A stretch of 64,000 bases of DNA, from positions 1-64,000 of the forward strand of contig JAAILG010000808.1 in the NCBI GenBank assembly GCA_012026655.1. The letters are read 5' to 3'. The notes beneath the pieces are model-generated. The model saw nothing but the letters and a program-made list of their open reading frames with translations. It ran no database searches and had not been told where the DNA came from. The number at the start of each line of letters is the position of its first letter. Within the stretch, counting starts at the first letter, position 1. Source of the DNA: Hydrolagus affinis (Eukaryota). Shown in pieces: positions 11,421 through 24,960 of the stretch. The position numbers and the translations under genes are program-made.

Positions 11421-13869
11421 AAAAGATTATAAAGTCATCTATATTTAAAAAGTAAAATTACAACCTTCAGAGTATTGTTTAAACATTAAAAGACTCTGGG
11501 CAACAAAGGTAGTTTGTTTTAAAGTCTGTCAGTTTCAAATTTTAACCCTGGAAACAGCCATTGTCCATATTCATCTTTTATGCCAGTAAATGTGCTTAAA
11601 AGCTACCTTTCCCATTGTGATGCATGGTGCACAAATGTGTTTCAGATGCAATATTACATTTTTTTTTAAGCCAAGTCTTGCTGAGTAATCAAATATTCGA
11701 AACAAGCTTTTCAAAAATTTATTTCTTATGGCTGCTGTAGCTATTAAAGCCATGTTCAGTGGATCATTAGTTTTCCAGATAATAAAACAAGCTCTGTTAA
11801 CACCTTTACTTCTCTGTATTTTGAGAGCACAGCTTGATATTTTGGATGCGTTTCTGCCAAATGGAAATGACTGCCGCAGTATATTACTGGAACCATAGAG
11901 CCATGTCAAGTGCTCTGAGGAATAATAAAATATTCATATGGAGACAAAAATTAAGTGGCTTAGAAAAAGAAGCCATTGCCTATCCCATGAGTGGTTTTAG
12001 ACATTTGATGTCTGCTTGAACATATCTATTCTTAGCAACAAAAACCACAGGTAATGTGACCTAAGTAACTGTCTGTCTTTAATCTACTTTGCTGATGGAA
12101 ACCACTGAATATTTCCTCTGACAGCAAGTCAACCAAAGAAGAGGAATTTGTCTGATCATTCTGTAGTGTTCTTTTTGGGAAATTATTTTAAGGTAAACTG
12201 ATGCAGGAGAAAAGGCTACAGACAACGTTTCTTTACAAAAACCTTTTGATGAATATTCATCTTGTGAAAGAGAATATGAATCTTTTTTTTTCTCCTTGGG
12301 GGGGAAAAAGTAGCAAGAGCTCAGATTTTCCTTTGAGGTATTTGCATAAAGAATCCAGACTTGTACGGCAGCTGTTTCACCTCAAAGGCCCGGTGGCAAT
12401 GATTTTTCGCAGACTCTAATTTTCTTGTTAAATGCCAGGAATACCTGAAATCACTTTGGATAGCCCCAATTTTGCATGCCTATCATACAATGCCTCTGTG
12501 GGAAGAAATGGAGGCCCTAAATTAAATACAGAACACAGCAGAGTGACTCCCACATTTCAACTTTCTGCCTCATCAACGTTCGATTTCTTTAAATCATAAA
12601 AAGTCCCATTTTCAATCCACAATATTGAATATAAAGCCACTGTATTCAAAAAGAACACTCAAGGTGGACACATTGCCTAGTCATATAAAGTATGCAAGGG
12701 CTTTTTGCATTTGACGGAAACTGAAAAAGAGTCTCTACTGTAACGCCCAATACACTAGTCACACATCAGATGTTACAACCGAATTATCAATATTCTGTTT
12801 CGTTAATCCAGGCCACTATTATTTTAAACTACCCTCAGAAAGAGAGAAAGGGACTGTAATGGAACGCTTAAATCCACAGCATCTATTTTTGGTGTCTGTC
12901 TATACACTGAATACTGGCACTTCATGGTGAAGTAAGTGTTATCTTGATCCCTGGTGTGTGAAAAATATAGCAAGATGATAACCAAATTATTCTTTCGTAT
13001 GGGCACAAAGCCAACTCTCTCGTTTGCTATGCAATTAGGTCATTTTAAAGACAGATATTTATCAACAATTTTTTTACAAAACTCAAATGCAAAAATGCAT
13101 TATTGGAAAAAAAAACGGTACATGCCGGGAATCTACAGCAGGTCAATCTGGAGCCAAGACACAAAAAAAATACACATTTGCAGATGCTAACCCTTCACCA
13201 ACTTCCGAACATTAACTGAGCATTCAGATGCTAATTGACTTCTGTAGATTTCTAGTTTTTGGGACTTATTTTAGATTCTGACAATGTACTGTTTTTAACT
13301 TTACCAAAAAGTGCATTTTTAAGGCAATTAATAGATTTATTAGTGAACGCTTAATTTAAGAAACTCATTCCCCACACAAAGTGATAATGCAAGGCATTGG
13401 AGTCAACTCAGTGACTCACAAATAAAAAAAATCAGTACATCATATACAGTTTGCACATGTCTAGGAACACACACGCATACATACAAAAATATTTATGCGC
13501 ACGTAAGCATTGCTTTGTGAAAAGGCATATCTTTTGTGCCTTTTAATGCAGAGAAACATTTACATCCATTGGATTAACTCATTGAAAAAGGAACTGGACA
13601 AATATCTGATTGAATATTACAGCAATAGGTATAGACTGAGGGGATCAAGAGACCAGGAGGAAGGAAGGAAATGTCAGTGGAAGGAAGCAGGCCAGGTTGA
13701 ATAGTTTCAATATAGGGGGACGAAACAAATATTCTGTTTGATTACTTTGAGAGATAAGGAAGTATTTGCACAGAACCTTCCCTCAGGAGTTTGAGTGGCT
13801 GAAGGGACTATGTCCAGAGTAAAGTAAATTTACATATAATAAGCATCAAAGAAGGCACACAGGATGCCA

Positions 13870-14330
13870 GACTAAATTGCAAAATTAGTTGTGTTCAGAT
13901 CCCCAGAAATCTTGGTTAAGCTCTCATCAGTCACAATCAGTGCTCTGATTAGACCATAACAGGAGTACTGTGTATAATTCCAGTCATTACAGCACATGGG
14001 GACAACCCAGGCCCTGAAGGCAGGTCAAAAAAAGAACAATGCACTGGGAGGATGAACTGTAAGGATTGGATATGCTGGGGCTCTACTGCCTTGAAAAATT
14101 ATGATTCAGCAGAGATTCAATCAAGAGGTGGATAAGATGCTAGAGTGCTAATAAGTATTAGGAAATTTAAACTTAGAACTAATTTAGGCTGTGCAAACCA
14201 TCTCAAGAGAATACAAATTCAGAATTTTGAATTATGGGACAGGCACCAGGAAGTGTTTCTTTACACTGAGGATAATTAACAGGGCCAATGCATCTGAACA
14301 TCTCTGAAAATGATCATACATTAGAACAGG
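13870..14330 (+). mobile_element. Degraded CR1 LINE ORF2 C-terminal fragment
   Basis: agtgctctgattagacca..ggagtactgtgtataattc (SALIRP..EYCV.F); collinear with 52805-53290. Confidence 0.75.
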
Positions 14331-14337
14331 GAAATTA

Positions 14338-14495
14338 CAACAACTTCAATTTATATAACGGCCTCCACGCCGGACGGCGTCTCAGAGCACTTCACAATAA
14401 TGGATCCCGGGCCCAAGTCACGGGCAGGGGGAAAAAGGTGATCGAAGGCGCGGTCGAAAAAAAAGGTCATCAGCTGAGATTTGAAACTAGGTCCT
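14338..14495 (-). mobile_element. L2-type LINE 3' end
   Basis: caacaacttcaatttatataacggcctccacgccggacggcgtctcagagcacttcac..gatcgaaggcgcggtcgaaaa; same tail as 40405-40480 and 52478. Confidence 0.75.
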
Positions 14496-14949
14496 GAATT
14501 ATTTCCTATGAAGAAAACAGCGTAAGTAATTGAAATTTAATTTTGATAATGAATTCAACAGAAAGATGAAAAATCTGTGAGTCATTACTTTGCACTTGTA
14601 TGAGTTCGGCTGATGAGGTAGCGTGACTGACTGGCATTCTAACACCAGTTGTGCAAGTTGAATCTTGTCCAGCAACCTCTGATCTGTCAGCACAACATAC
14701 TCTTGTGCTGAGCTCCAGGTACTTGATCGACTTAGCTAGGAAAGCCTACAATTAGGTTGAGGTGAGACAGCAGGTTGCAGAGTGGTCTCGCTTTTAAATT
14801 ACTAATCAGCACAATACAGCCAGTATCAAGGCAGCTGCTGAAAGGAAATCAGAAATACTGGAGTGCACTAGCCTGCGATTAGAAAATAAGCTGCACAGGC
14901 TAAAGGGGATGTCAACTCACTGAACAACAAGTGAATGAGGTTATCAGGT

Positions 14950-15225
14950 ACTTGTTGAATGGTTCACTTTTCAGCACCACTAAATAATGTCAGAACTTGA
15001 AATCAGTCCAGGCTCACAATCCATTGCAGTGCAGGAGGAAACGTAGCATTATTGGAGATGCTATCTTTTGGATGAGATACCTGTCTGTCCATTTTCAGGG
15101 AGATATTAAAAGATATCCCGTGACACTATTCACAATGAGAAGAGATTTTCTCAAGATGTCCAAGCAAACAATTCTCCAGATTAATCAATCAGGTTTGTGG
15201 GATTTTGCTGTTGCAAAACACACCA
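14950..15225 (+). mobile_element. Older Deu-domain SINE, degraded
   Basis: cattattggagatgctatcttttggatgagat..taaaagatatcccgtgacactatt..gtttgtgggattttgctg. Confidence 0.7.
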
Positions 15226-15860
15226 CATTGCATTGCACGACCCCTCGGCTGCCAAGACCTTGATCCAAGTTTTCATTATGTCCAGGATTGATGACTCAAC
15301 CACCCTGCTCCCTGGATATCCCAGCTATTCCCTATGCAAGCTGCAGACCTCTAGAGCTCTTCGGCAATGGGTTCCAGGAGCCTATCACAAAACATTTATG
15401 CTCAACTTCACTGACTCCACTTCAACCAGCTGAACAAATTCAAGATCCTCGTCCTCAAATATTTAAAAGCAAAATATATTGTATTTATATAGTGCCTTTC
15501 ATGTTGGGTGCACATGCCAAATTCCTCCAAAGTATCATTCCGTCTTACCTCTGTGACCTGCTACTGACCTGGCTGTTCTCTCCACTCAGCGAGCAGCAGC
15601 CTGCTTTATATTCCCTGTTCAATCTGCCCCATTGTTGTTGAGCAAGATTTTAGCCTTTCTGCCCTTGCTTTCTGGAACTCCATACCAGTCCCTCATCCTC
15701 ACTCCTTCCTCCCCACTTTTAAAACCTACCACATCATATGTTCAACCATGTTCTGCCCCCACACCACCACCAGCTCTGGTTCCCAGTCAGTGGTGGGAAG
15801 TGCTTTGGGATATCCTTCTGATGCATAAGGCACGACATAAATATAAATTGTTGCTGTTTT
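15225..15860 (+). mobile_element. L2 LINE ORF2 C-terminal fragment with 3' tail
   Basis: Peptide AAKTLIQVFIMSRIDDSTTLLPGYPSYSLCKLQ resembles the L2 motif LIHAFVTSRLDYSN.LLAGLP; ends gaagtgctttggga..ataaatataaattgttgctg. Confidence 0.8.
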
Positions 15861-17696
15861 GTTATATCCTTGGCAGAAATTACTTGTGAAGAGCTGCGAC
15901 ATTTTGATGTGGTTTGATACTATAAAAATACAAGTTATTTTTATTATTCACTCCGATACTTGCTGTTTGTTGGCACACAAATACAATATTGATATTTAAT
16001 TCCTGTACTTGGATAGTGGCATGGAATTTTTGAACAGGGCTGGGATGGAAAGAATAGTTACTGGTAAATTAGCTTCAATGCATTGCATGTACTGTCATTT
16101 TAAAGTGGTCCAGCCAGTACGACAATGACTTGCACCCTTCACTTGGGTTGTCTTGGAGCACTGAACTGGTCGCGTTGGACACAGAGAAAGCAAGAAAGAA
16201 AAGGTGACTGTAGGCATGGACAAAAAAGAAAGTCTTCGGGTGCAATTTGAGGACAGGTAAAGTGGGGGCAAAACAGAGGGCCTAAGGCAGTAAATTTGCA
16301 TCAGTAACCTTGGAATCAAATAGGTTGCATTAGGCACGTTTCTAAATAAAAACAAGCGTACTTAAGTACGTATCAATGAGTGATTTTCTTTACATTGAAT
16401 GCATACAATACTTACCCAGTGAAATGGGTCACGCCAGCTTCACCCGTGTGTATATAAAGTCTACCCAATTGCATAGCTCACCCCAGTCACATTGAATTTG
16501 TTATGTGTTTAGAATGCTTTTTGTTAATTACTTTGACAACAGGATAAAGTTTGTTCATTTCAGGAATGGTTTTCATTAAAACCACTACCATAATGCATGT
16601 GCTGGCTTTCTTTGTTTCTTCAGCATCTTGTTTTTTTGCCTTCAGGCTTGTTAAACAAAATATCCCTGAATTTGATTCTGCCGTTGCCATCAGCAAACTC
16701 TGAAGCGTCACAGTCAGGAAACATACTTTTTTTTTTGCACATTCAAACTGACACCCCCACGGACTTTTAAACATGCAAGAAACAAACATACAAGAAACAT
16801 TTTGTGCAGTTTTTGAAATGCTCACCTCAAGGCTTTGTGTCACAAAAATATTAGGTGGTCTATCGCTATTTTTCTGCTAGGCTTTGCAGGTTCCACCATT
16901 TTAGGTTTGTGCACAGATTTGAGGATCAAACCAAAGGGTCCATCAAAAAATAAGTTTGCTGAAGCATTCTTAATTCATGTGCATTGCAACCCAACCTAAG
17001 TATTTACTGAATTTGGAATTCACTGTATCCACATAATTTTGTGACAGTCCACAGATCACCATATTGATATATTATACTGCATCCATATCCATGAAAAGCC
17101 ACCAGCCATTACGAGATGCTATCTGATTCTCCCCAGATTTATGGAAATACACAAATCTTGAAGCCCTCATTGGCAGATATTGGATGGAATTCAACATGGC
17201 AAATGCTAAGATGACAGCAGAGTGACTTCTTGGTGCCTGGGAGGAGTGTAGTGTATAATATTTGAGGGACGCTGTTATCTTTGCAGTTACAGTTAACACA
17301 ATGGCTGTCAAAAAAGGGCAATTCCAAGTCAATATTTAACAGGTAGCACATATGAGTGAGCACGTCTCTGCTGAAGTGAAAATAATGTTGACAGCAACAC
17401 TCTTGCTCAATGCCAAGCAGCTGGTTCTTGGCCTGTATGTCCTCTAAAAATGACAAGCTTTCCTCCATCCTGTCTACCGTTACAAAACACCAGCAAACCA
17501 AATTGAGCTCTCCAGTTTTGAGATGTCACCAAACTCAAGAGTATGGAAAAGTAGGAAATGTGAAAGAGGTATTTAAACCAGCTTTAACCATTACTTAGAG
17601 CAGGGTTGTCTAACCTTACGGCTGCCGCGGCTCGGATTCCCGATTTGAGAAATGCCACAGTCCACATAAACAATATTTTGTGTTTCCTTCCAGAAG

Positions 17697-18020
17697 CATA
17701 ACAACATTTACGCAGCACCTTTTCATGTTGGAAGGACATCTCGACATTGTCGGTTGGGCACCTGAACTGGCGGTGGGAGCCTAGGGAGCTGAGATGGGGA
17801 GGGGATAAGATGACCGAAGTGTGGTAAAAGAGTTAAGCCTTGCTGTGCCTTGAAAGAGAGGAGGGAGGGAACTAGTCAGAGGGACTCCAGGGATGGAACT
17901 CTAGAGAGTGCTGACAAATTGGCAGATGGGGTGGGGGGACATAAAGAAAGAGGGTGTTTGCTGGGCAGAGAGAACGGCTGAGTCAGGAGGTCACAGAGGT
18001 AGGGATGGGGTGAGATGAAG
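17697..18020 (-). mobile_element. Degraded L2-type 3' end
   Basis: aacaacatttacgcagcaccttttcatgttggaaggacatctc..gatgaccgaagtgtggtaaaagag; same layout as 52478-52770. Confidence 0.65.
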
Positions 18021-18143
18021 TTTTTCACTGGGGAAAGAGGGAGCTTGCTGTGAGGAAATTGATGGCATTGCTCAGAGTCTGTGCTCGGTCCTGCCCACGA
18101 CGACTGAGGGAGATTCTGATCGTCTGTCCGAACAGTGAACTAC

Positions 18144-18211
18144 ACTCTCTCTGTCCTCTCACACACTCTCTCTCTCTCTCTCTCTCTCAATCACTCTCTT
18201 CCCCCTCTCTC
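18144..18211. repeat. (CT)n microsatellite
   Basis: Visible CT dinucleotide run. Confidence 0.95.
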
Positions 18212-19204
18212 CATTTGTGCTGGTCACTATATGCAGTGGCAGGAGCCGGGAGTTGTTAAGGACGCCGCAGTGTTGGACTACTCTGATTTAGAGCATGCGA
18301 GGAACACAAGTCATTAAGCTTATGATGGATTTCTGAAATGCAGGAATTTTAAATGGTTAAAACAATGCTGATTAATTCATTGGCAATTATTTCTCGAGAT
18401 GCTCACAATGGAGGGATCAGCCCATTCCAGCAAACGGATTGAGCCTGATCTTTAAACGTACAAGAATATCACCACAGGCCTAATCCCAAGATGTACTGGA
18501 GAGGAAAGGAATGGTGCAATCTTGAGGACATGCTCCTCAATGGGGCCAGCGCTTTACCCAACAATCAGCCTCTCTCTGCTGGCATTGTGAAGCATTCATC
18601 ATTCAAGAGATTACCAAGCACTCTCACAATTTAGCTCTCAGGCTAAAGTTACTGCTCGTCAGCAAGAGACTAGATCGGCAAAACTGGTGACTTGCGCAGC
18701 TGCTACCAGACAGAAGGTTTCTCATACTGCCGCAAATTACTGCAATGAATGTTAGAAGAAAACCTGGAATGAGACCCAGCAGGTGCCTGTGAGACCTGCA
18801 GAGAAATGCGCCCAGAAAGTCAAGTGGCTTGGCTCTCCTGCAGGCCAGTTTCAAGAGGCTCTGAAATCCAATCCATGAGACACATGCCTGCTACCTTATC
18901 CTGGCACTTGCTATAATGAAGGCCCACTACTCACTGCTTATTATTATCATTATTATTATTGTTGCTTACTCTACGAGTTGGAGGTGGTTGTCGTCCCCAT
19001 CTTATTTAACTGTGGTAAATCATATGCTAAACAGTGGCAGCTGAGTAGATTCTTGGCTGCAGCATTCCAGCAACTGAGTACTGTTGTTGAGGATAGGGCA
19101 GCTGTCGTACACACGAGATAAACATCAAAATATCCCTTCATTAAAGACAAAACTAGGGCAATTCAAGGACTGTGTCAACCATTATTAAATTATCATGTGG
19201 TAAT

Positions 19205-19365
19205 CCGGTTACTCAATCCACCCACTGTTCATGGGACCCTGCTGTGTACAATTGGCTGCTGTGTTTCACCCACAAAACACAGTCACTACACTTTACGGTA
19301 TATCCTGTCATGCGCTTTGAGACTCCAAGATGCTGTATTAATTGCAAGTATTACTGTTATCAACA
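19205..19365 (+). mobile_element. SINE 3' half (Deu segment and tail)
   Basis: gctgtgtacaattggctgctgtgtttcacccacaaa..gcgctttgagac..tgcaagtattac. Confidence 0.8.
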
Positions 19366-20384
19366 ATTGAAATATTGTCCATAGGACCACATTTCGGTAA
19401 CAATGCTACCTCCTGAGTTTCGAGGTTTTCCGCTATATTAATTTATTGATACAAGGCTATTACTGAACTACACTTTGTTAGTTAGAGAATTGTTTCTGAA
19501 GGGGGCAGCCATGATCTGCACTATCAGTACTGAGCACTTCCATTCCATTTCTTCTGATGCCCCTACATGATATCTGTGAGAAAGCATGGCTATTGTTATT
19601 AGTTGAAGACGTTTGGGATCAATTGGGTTTCTAAAGTTTCACTAACGCACAGACTAGGGATGCCTTCAAGAAAATAACAAAGTACCACAATCTCAACAAG
19701 AGGAAGTGAAGATACTGCCTCCTTGGTTACAAAGTGTCAGCTAAGGAATGAGATTATGTACAATGTTGATTTCGGAAAAAGTAAAAATAAAACTGATATA
19801 TTGAGATTTGCAGGGTAGAATATAGTTTTTATTGTTTATTAAAATCAAATTTATCGAGCTTCCAGTCCCCCCCCCCCACCCACCTTTTACCCTAACTCCC
19901 TCTATGGGAAATAATGGGTTAAACAGCAGACAACAGTGTGATACATGCAGAACAGGTGACAGAAGACATATTACAACAACAGACGTTGCCTGTTTAGGTG
20001 GACATTATGGATCCCATGTTACTATTCAAAAAGAGAAAGGAGATTTTCCAGTGTCCTGGCCAGCAATCCACCAGAATAAATTGATTATTCACCTAACAAC
20101 AGCAAATTACATTTTGTATACCACCTTTCATGTCAGGAGGGCATTCCATGGCGCTGAAACACAGAGTCAGATTCTGGGAAATGGAATCTGAGCTTTATAA
20201 AAGTCAGAAAACGGGTTAAAAATAACCATATCACTATTTCAAAATAATAGGGAACTCCTTACCCTGACCGTAAGTTTAGCTGCCTACTACAAGGCAAATA
20301 CCTAACTAATAATAATAAAATAGTAGAGTACTTGCATTTATTGACTGTTTGCGGGACATTGCTTTGCTATATGAAATGCACGGT

Positions 20385-20802
20385 TCATAATAATAACAAT
20401 CCTTGGATTTGATATAGTGCCTTATCACGTTAGTGCAATGTCTCAAAGCGCTTCACAGAATATATTTATAAAATGGATTGATTGTGTATCTTGATTGTGG
20501 GTGAAATGCAGCAGCCAGTTGCACGCAGCAATGTCCCACCAACAACCATGGAGTGAGTGGCCTATTTTATTTGGCCAGACAACGGGAGAAACTCCCTTCT
20601 CTTTTAGATTAGTACTGTACCATGGAATCTTTAATCTGCACCTGAACAGGCAGATCCGACCTCGGTTTAACGTCTCATCCGAAGGAAGGCAACTCGGTCA
20701 ATACAACACTTTACCCCTGCACTGCATTGGATCTGATTCCAAATCCCAACCCGCAATCTTCTCTCAAAGATGAGAGTATTACCACTGCGCCAGGCTGACA
20801 CA
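20385..20802 (-). mobile_element. Older Deu-domain SINE, near full length
   Basis: ccatggaatctttaatctgcacctgaacaggcaga..cctcggtttaacgtctcatccgaa is the reverse complement of the Deu core; head ..ccactgcgccaggctgacac. Confidence 0.88.
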
Positions 20803-22514
20803 TATTACTTCCACAGAAAGCCAAGACAGAAAGCCCACCCCAGCTTCAGCCCAAGTGTGATATTTACAAACATGGGCAGCAGGTTGTTTGTTCCAATTGC
20901 TCACTATATGGCACAGATTATCTAAAAGGCAAGGATAATCCAGGAAAATCTGAAAAAAATCTAATCATTTTAAGTGGTCCATAGTAAAGTCTGGAAATAA
21001 AAGAAAATACTTTTTTTGAAAACAATATTAATATTCTGTAAAATTCTGTTATTATAATATAGTGCAACCAGAGAAATAAGGAATGCAAACTGTAAACCCA
21101 CGGGTGAAGCAGACCAACTGTAAAGGTTACTAAGGTCAGTGACATGTTGCCACCATTTCCTGCAGTGTATTCGTTATCTGTGCATACAGTAGACTTGCAG
21201 GTTTCTTTTCTGGAATAAAATGGGTTTTAATAATTTTTTAATATTTGGTCTTTAACAGAGATTATTAGGAATGCGGAAGGCACTTTAGAAACAGCACATT
21301 ATGCTGAGCGAGTAGTCTCTCACTTCTCTCTCCAGACATGACTGTCCATCATCTTGAAAATCCTCTTAAATGGGGATTAAGTATTAAATTCATAGGGTTG
21401 TCTTGGCCCCAAATGTTACTTCGTTCACCAGTGAGACAAGGAGCTAGCATGAATATTTAGCTCCATAGCTCAAAACTGAGGCCAATATTTAAATATCTTT
21501 TCAAATTCACCAGCAGCTCCCAGTACAGAAAGGAAAAGCTGCTCTTATCATTTAAATCCCACACTCAGAGCTTTGCAGATCCTGAACCGTACAGATTTAC
21601 GTCAGGAGTAAAGAGAGAAGAAGCAATAGTTCTGGTTGCGACATTATCAGATTGGAGTGACACACCATTTTATATCATGAGTGGGAAAAAAAATCAAACC
21701 ACTTCTTGTATAAATCCAGAAAACCTCACTGTAATTTACTAAGATAATGCTTTTGAAATGGTGTTATAATTGAACTTCTCAAAGTTAGAATCCAAAGTGA
21801 AAGCTATTTGGGAGCAAACACATTGTGATAACTGATATCACAGATCCAATTTATTGATGAAACTCTTGTGATTTAAGAAGACATTTTACAGAATATACAT
21901 TACATTTGAACATGCTGGGTGCAAGCTGGTAAACACAGTACTTGTCCAGAATAAGCTATTCCCATGCTAAATGTAGTGAAATAAATCAGTTTGAACTGAA
22001 CAATTCAACATCGAGAGCACTCACTCTAAGGATTCTCAGCACACTTGCTCTAGACTGGTAAAAGGTGCAACAGTAAGCTAGCCAAGCTCAGTGGGTAAAG
22101 GCATCACTCAGTTACTCTATGGAGAACTGAGGTCATCCCAGTTACAAGTCCAGGTGAGAGTCGATGCCTTTCAGGAGGGAAGAAAACTGCCAAAAAACGC
22201 AACAACATTTGGAGCACCCTGAATAAAATCTTGTGACCTAAAAGCATAAATTATATCAAACTGTATTTCTAGAAGAAAGGTAGCACACCATTAGGTTGAG
22301 TGACTTTGAGAGACCACTGAAGTTTTGTAATGATGTTAATTTGAACCGCTTAATGCTTTATTATCTCTCAACACTCTGCTGCTTGTACATTTATCTTATA
22401 TGTACGTGCAAGATATAGGGACTTTGCCACTTATAATCACTCACTCTGTGAAGCAATTTTAAACAGCTTGCTGGTTCTGAACCGAGTAGCTTACGTTTGC
22501 TTATATTTGAACAG

Positions 22515-22608
22515 GGAGTACATTAACGACCCGGCAACAAAGCAGTTTGCTCCATACTCTTCATTGGATCTCAGTTGCAACCATGCTTCAGCACTCAAGA
22601 GTCAACAG
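22515..22608 (+). CDS. Candidate coding exon (phase 2-0), EYINDPATKQFAPYSSLDLSCNHASALKSQQ; alternative donor at 22636
   Basis: Acceptor ttgcttatatttgaacAG, donors CAG|GTGAAA (22609) and TAC|GTAAGT (22637), open frame with several CpGs. Confidence 0.35.
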
Positions 22609-22689
22609 GTGAAACGCCAACAGGAAATTGCTATACGTAAGTACCTCTCCTCCTTTGTCAATTCATGCTGAAGTATAGTTTCAAGGGTA

Positions 22690-22975
22690 CTGGTCACATT
22701 GCCAAAGTGACCATTTCTCATATACCATCCCAGGTAGAACAGATGCAACATAGCTGATCCCAATTTTGAGCTCACCCAACTCCCCTCCCACCCCCAAACA
22801 CACATACACACACTTACTTTCCAGTGGAATCACTGGGCAGTGTTCAGCAATGCAAACTCTACAGATTTTTTTCTCTACATAGCTAGCGTGTGTGCTGTAG
22901 TCAATTGTAATAGCCCTAACATTACTAGCGATGAGTTTTTTTTAACAACATAAATCAAACCTGGTCTGTATGGTG
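22690..22975 (-). mobile_element. Ancient SINE family 2
   Basis: aagtgaccatttctcat..ctcaccca..cttactttccagtggaatcactgg..gtcaattgtaatagccc. Confidence 0.55.
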
Positions 22976-24004
22976 CTTTACAAGGAAATTAATGCCAAAA
23001 AGCATTTCACCACATGGATCTGATTGAGAAAAAGGCTCTCATAAGAGGAGGGCAGCCAATGATGACAGCTGGAGAGAAAGAACTGAGGATGTCTAGAGAA
23101 TGCCCTTTATGTACGGCAGAGATGGTTACACAGTTCTAACCTTAAAATCCCTTTGAGTGACAAGCATGCTAGTGATTTCAACAAGTTGTTTGGTCTGCTT
23201 ATCCATGGTATGAAGAGTATGAATGAAGGCAAATGCTTTTGATTGGTAAGAATCTGGGAAAAATTCACCTTAGATCTAACCCGAAGATATTGGTTCAAAT
23301 TTATTGAAAGCGCTGAGAAGAAATTAACCTGAGGCAACACTTCAACTTTATTCAAATACAAAACATTTCATCATTCATTGAATAACATAACTGGCTCAGT
23401 GCTACTCCAAAAAGAATACTTATTGCTTAATAATAGTTAAGCGGGGAGAAAATGACAGACAGCTGTACATGGTACAGCTCATGAAACATAATCCAACATA
23501 TATATTAAAAAAATGGTCTTGGCTTGTAAAATTGTCCAGGTTGCCATGGGAATTTGTGAGAAAGTACTTTGAAGTTGAGTATTCAATTGTGATGAACAAG
23601 GTAGGAAGGTGACCAGACATTCTGGCATCCCAACTAATTGTTTCAGCACTAATGAATTCTCTCTCTCGTTCTCATATCCTTGGTTCAGATCACATTCACA
23701 ATAGTGAGTTTTAGTAGCAAGACAGCTGACTTGTAAGTACCACTTCCAAACATTTTAGCTGGGAGAAACGGAGGTCTTTGCTCATGCATAAATACCCACT
23801 CAAGTTTTTTTTAAATAGAAAAGAGCTGGTCCATTGGATCACCCAAGAACTTTTAAATGGTAATTGAGTTACACTATCTGCGTTTATGCTGTGAATGGCC
23901 TTGGTGGTGAAGCCACCATCTGAATGGTCACTTCAAGTAACTGGGTAACTGCTATGGAAACCATGTGCAATTTGGATGGTTTCCCATAGTCAATTAGTGC
24001 AAAG

Positions 24005-24410
24005 AAAAGTGACATCTCTTGCTCTGAGCCAGGAGGTTGTGAGTTAAAACTCCACTTTGGGACTTTGAACTGATAATCCAGGCTAACTCTCCACTGCTGG
24101 GAGAGTGCTGTTTTATTGGAGGTGCCATTCTTCGGATGAGATATGAAATATGAGGACTAAAGATAAACCACAGATTCCATGGTACGATTTGAAAAGAGAA
24201 GAGAGTTTCTCCCAGTGTCCTGGCCAACAGTCCACTAGATAAAATTGGTCATTCACTTCATGGCTGTTTGAGGCATTGCTGTGCGCAAATTGATTGCTTT
24301 TTTCTTCCTACAAAATATTGTAAAGTCATTACGCTTTACAATAAATCCTTTGAAATATCATCCTGACATGAAAGGTGCTATGTGAGTGTAAGCATAATTA
24401 TTACTATTAC
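24005..24410 (+). mobile_element. Older Deu-domain SINE
   Basis: ctctgagccaggaggttgtgagtt..tggaggtgccattcttcggatgagat..gtgtcctggccaac..gctgtgcgcaaattg..aaggtgctat. Confidence 0.85.
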
Positions 24411-24859
24411 CGTAAACTCCGACTTGCACATTATGCTTCGTATACAGGGTGTGTGTCAGGCGGCAGAATCCTATGATCAGTAATGCAATTAAATATTAGT
24501 GGACTTGTAAAAAAAAACACACACACACAAAGATTATAGAAATAAAGGCCAGGATTAACGACAGACTGTAAAAGGTTTCCACTATGGCAGATGAAGCACG
24601 TATCATGGTGTTTTCCTGCTGTGCAGACAAAATGGCATATTTTTGGAGCAGGATGTTCCAGGCTCCCTCCATGCATCTTTTTACAGATGACAAATTCTGC
24701 TACAAGTAAGATTATTCTCAATTCATCCTCAATTTTCTTTCTTTAAGCATTTCCTCATTTTCTACCCATTTCCATTTTTTGTCTCTATTACTCCTTATTA
24801 TGCTCCATAGTATAACCACCGGTTGAATTGCCAATGACGCTTGTATTTTTGACTATCAT

Positions 24860-24960
24860 ATATATAGTCAATTTATTTAGCAGTATATTCTCTGTGAAGC
24901 ACTTTGAGACATCTCAAAGACGTGATAAGGCGCTGTTTCAAAGGATTATTATTATTATTT
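24860..24960 (+). mobile_element. SINE 3' tail fragment
   Basis: tgtgaagcactttgagacatctcaaagacgtgataaggcgct..ggattattattattatt. Confidence 0.85.

Larger units (their letters stand above)
17601..18285. mobile_element. hAT (Charlie-like) non-autonomous DNA transposon with a nested L2 fragment
   Basis: Left end CAGGGTTGTCTAACCT, right end reverse complement CAGAGTAGTCCAACAC; 8-bp flanks ACTTAGAG (17593-17600) and ATTTAGAG (18286-18293), resembling the NTCTAGAN target. Confidence 0.7.

Noticed and set aside
12001-12050. Phase 0-2 exon TFDVCLNISILSNKNHR
   Set aside because: Good donor (CAG|GTAATG) but poor pyrimidine tract with a nearby upstream AG; chosen only because it fits the phase
16165-16256. 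Exon-like charged peptide ending at GACAG|GTAAAG
   Set aside because: In-frame stop at 16162 and no credible acceptor after it
17137-17342. Strong acceptor followed by DLWKYTNLEALIGRYWMEFNMANAK
   Set aside because: The W-M-E-F-N pattern suggests a decayed CR1/L2 reverse-transcriptase remnant, and stops follow
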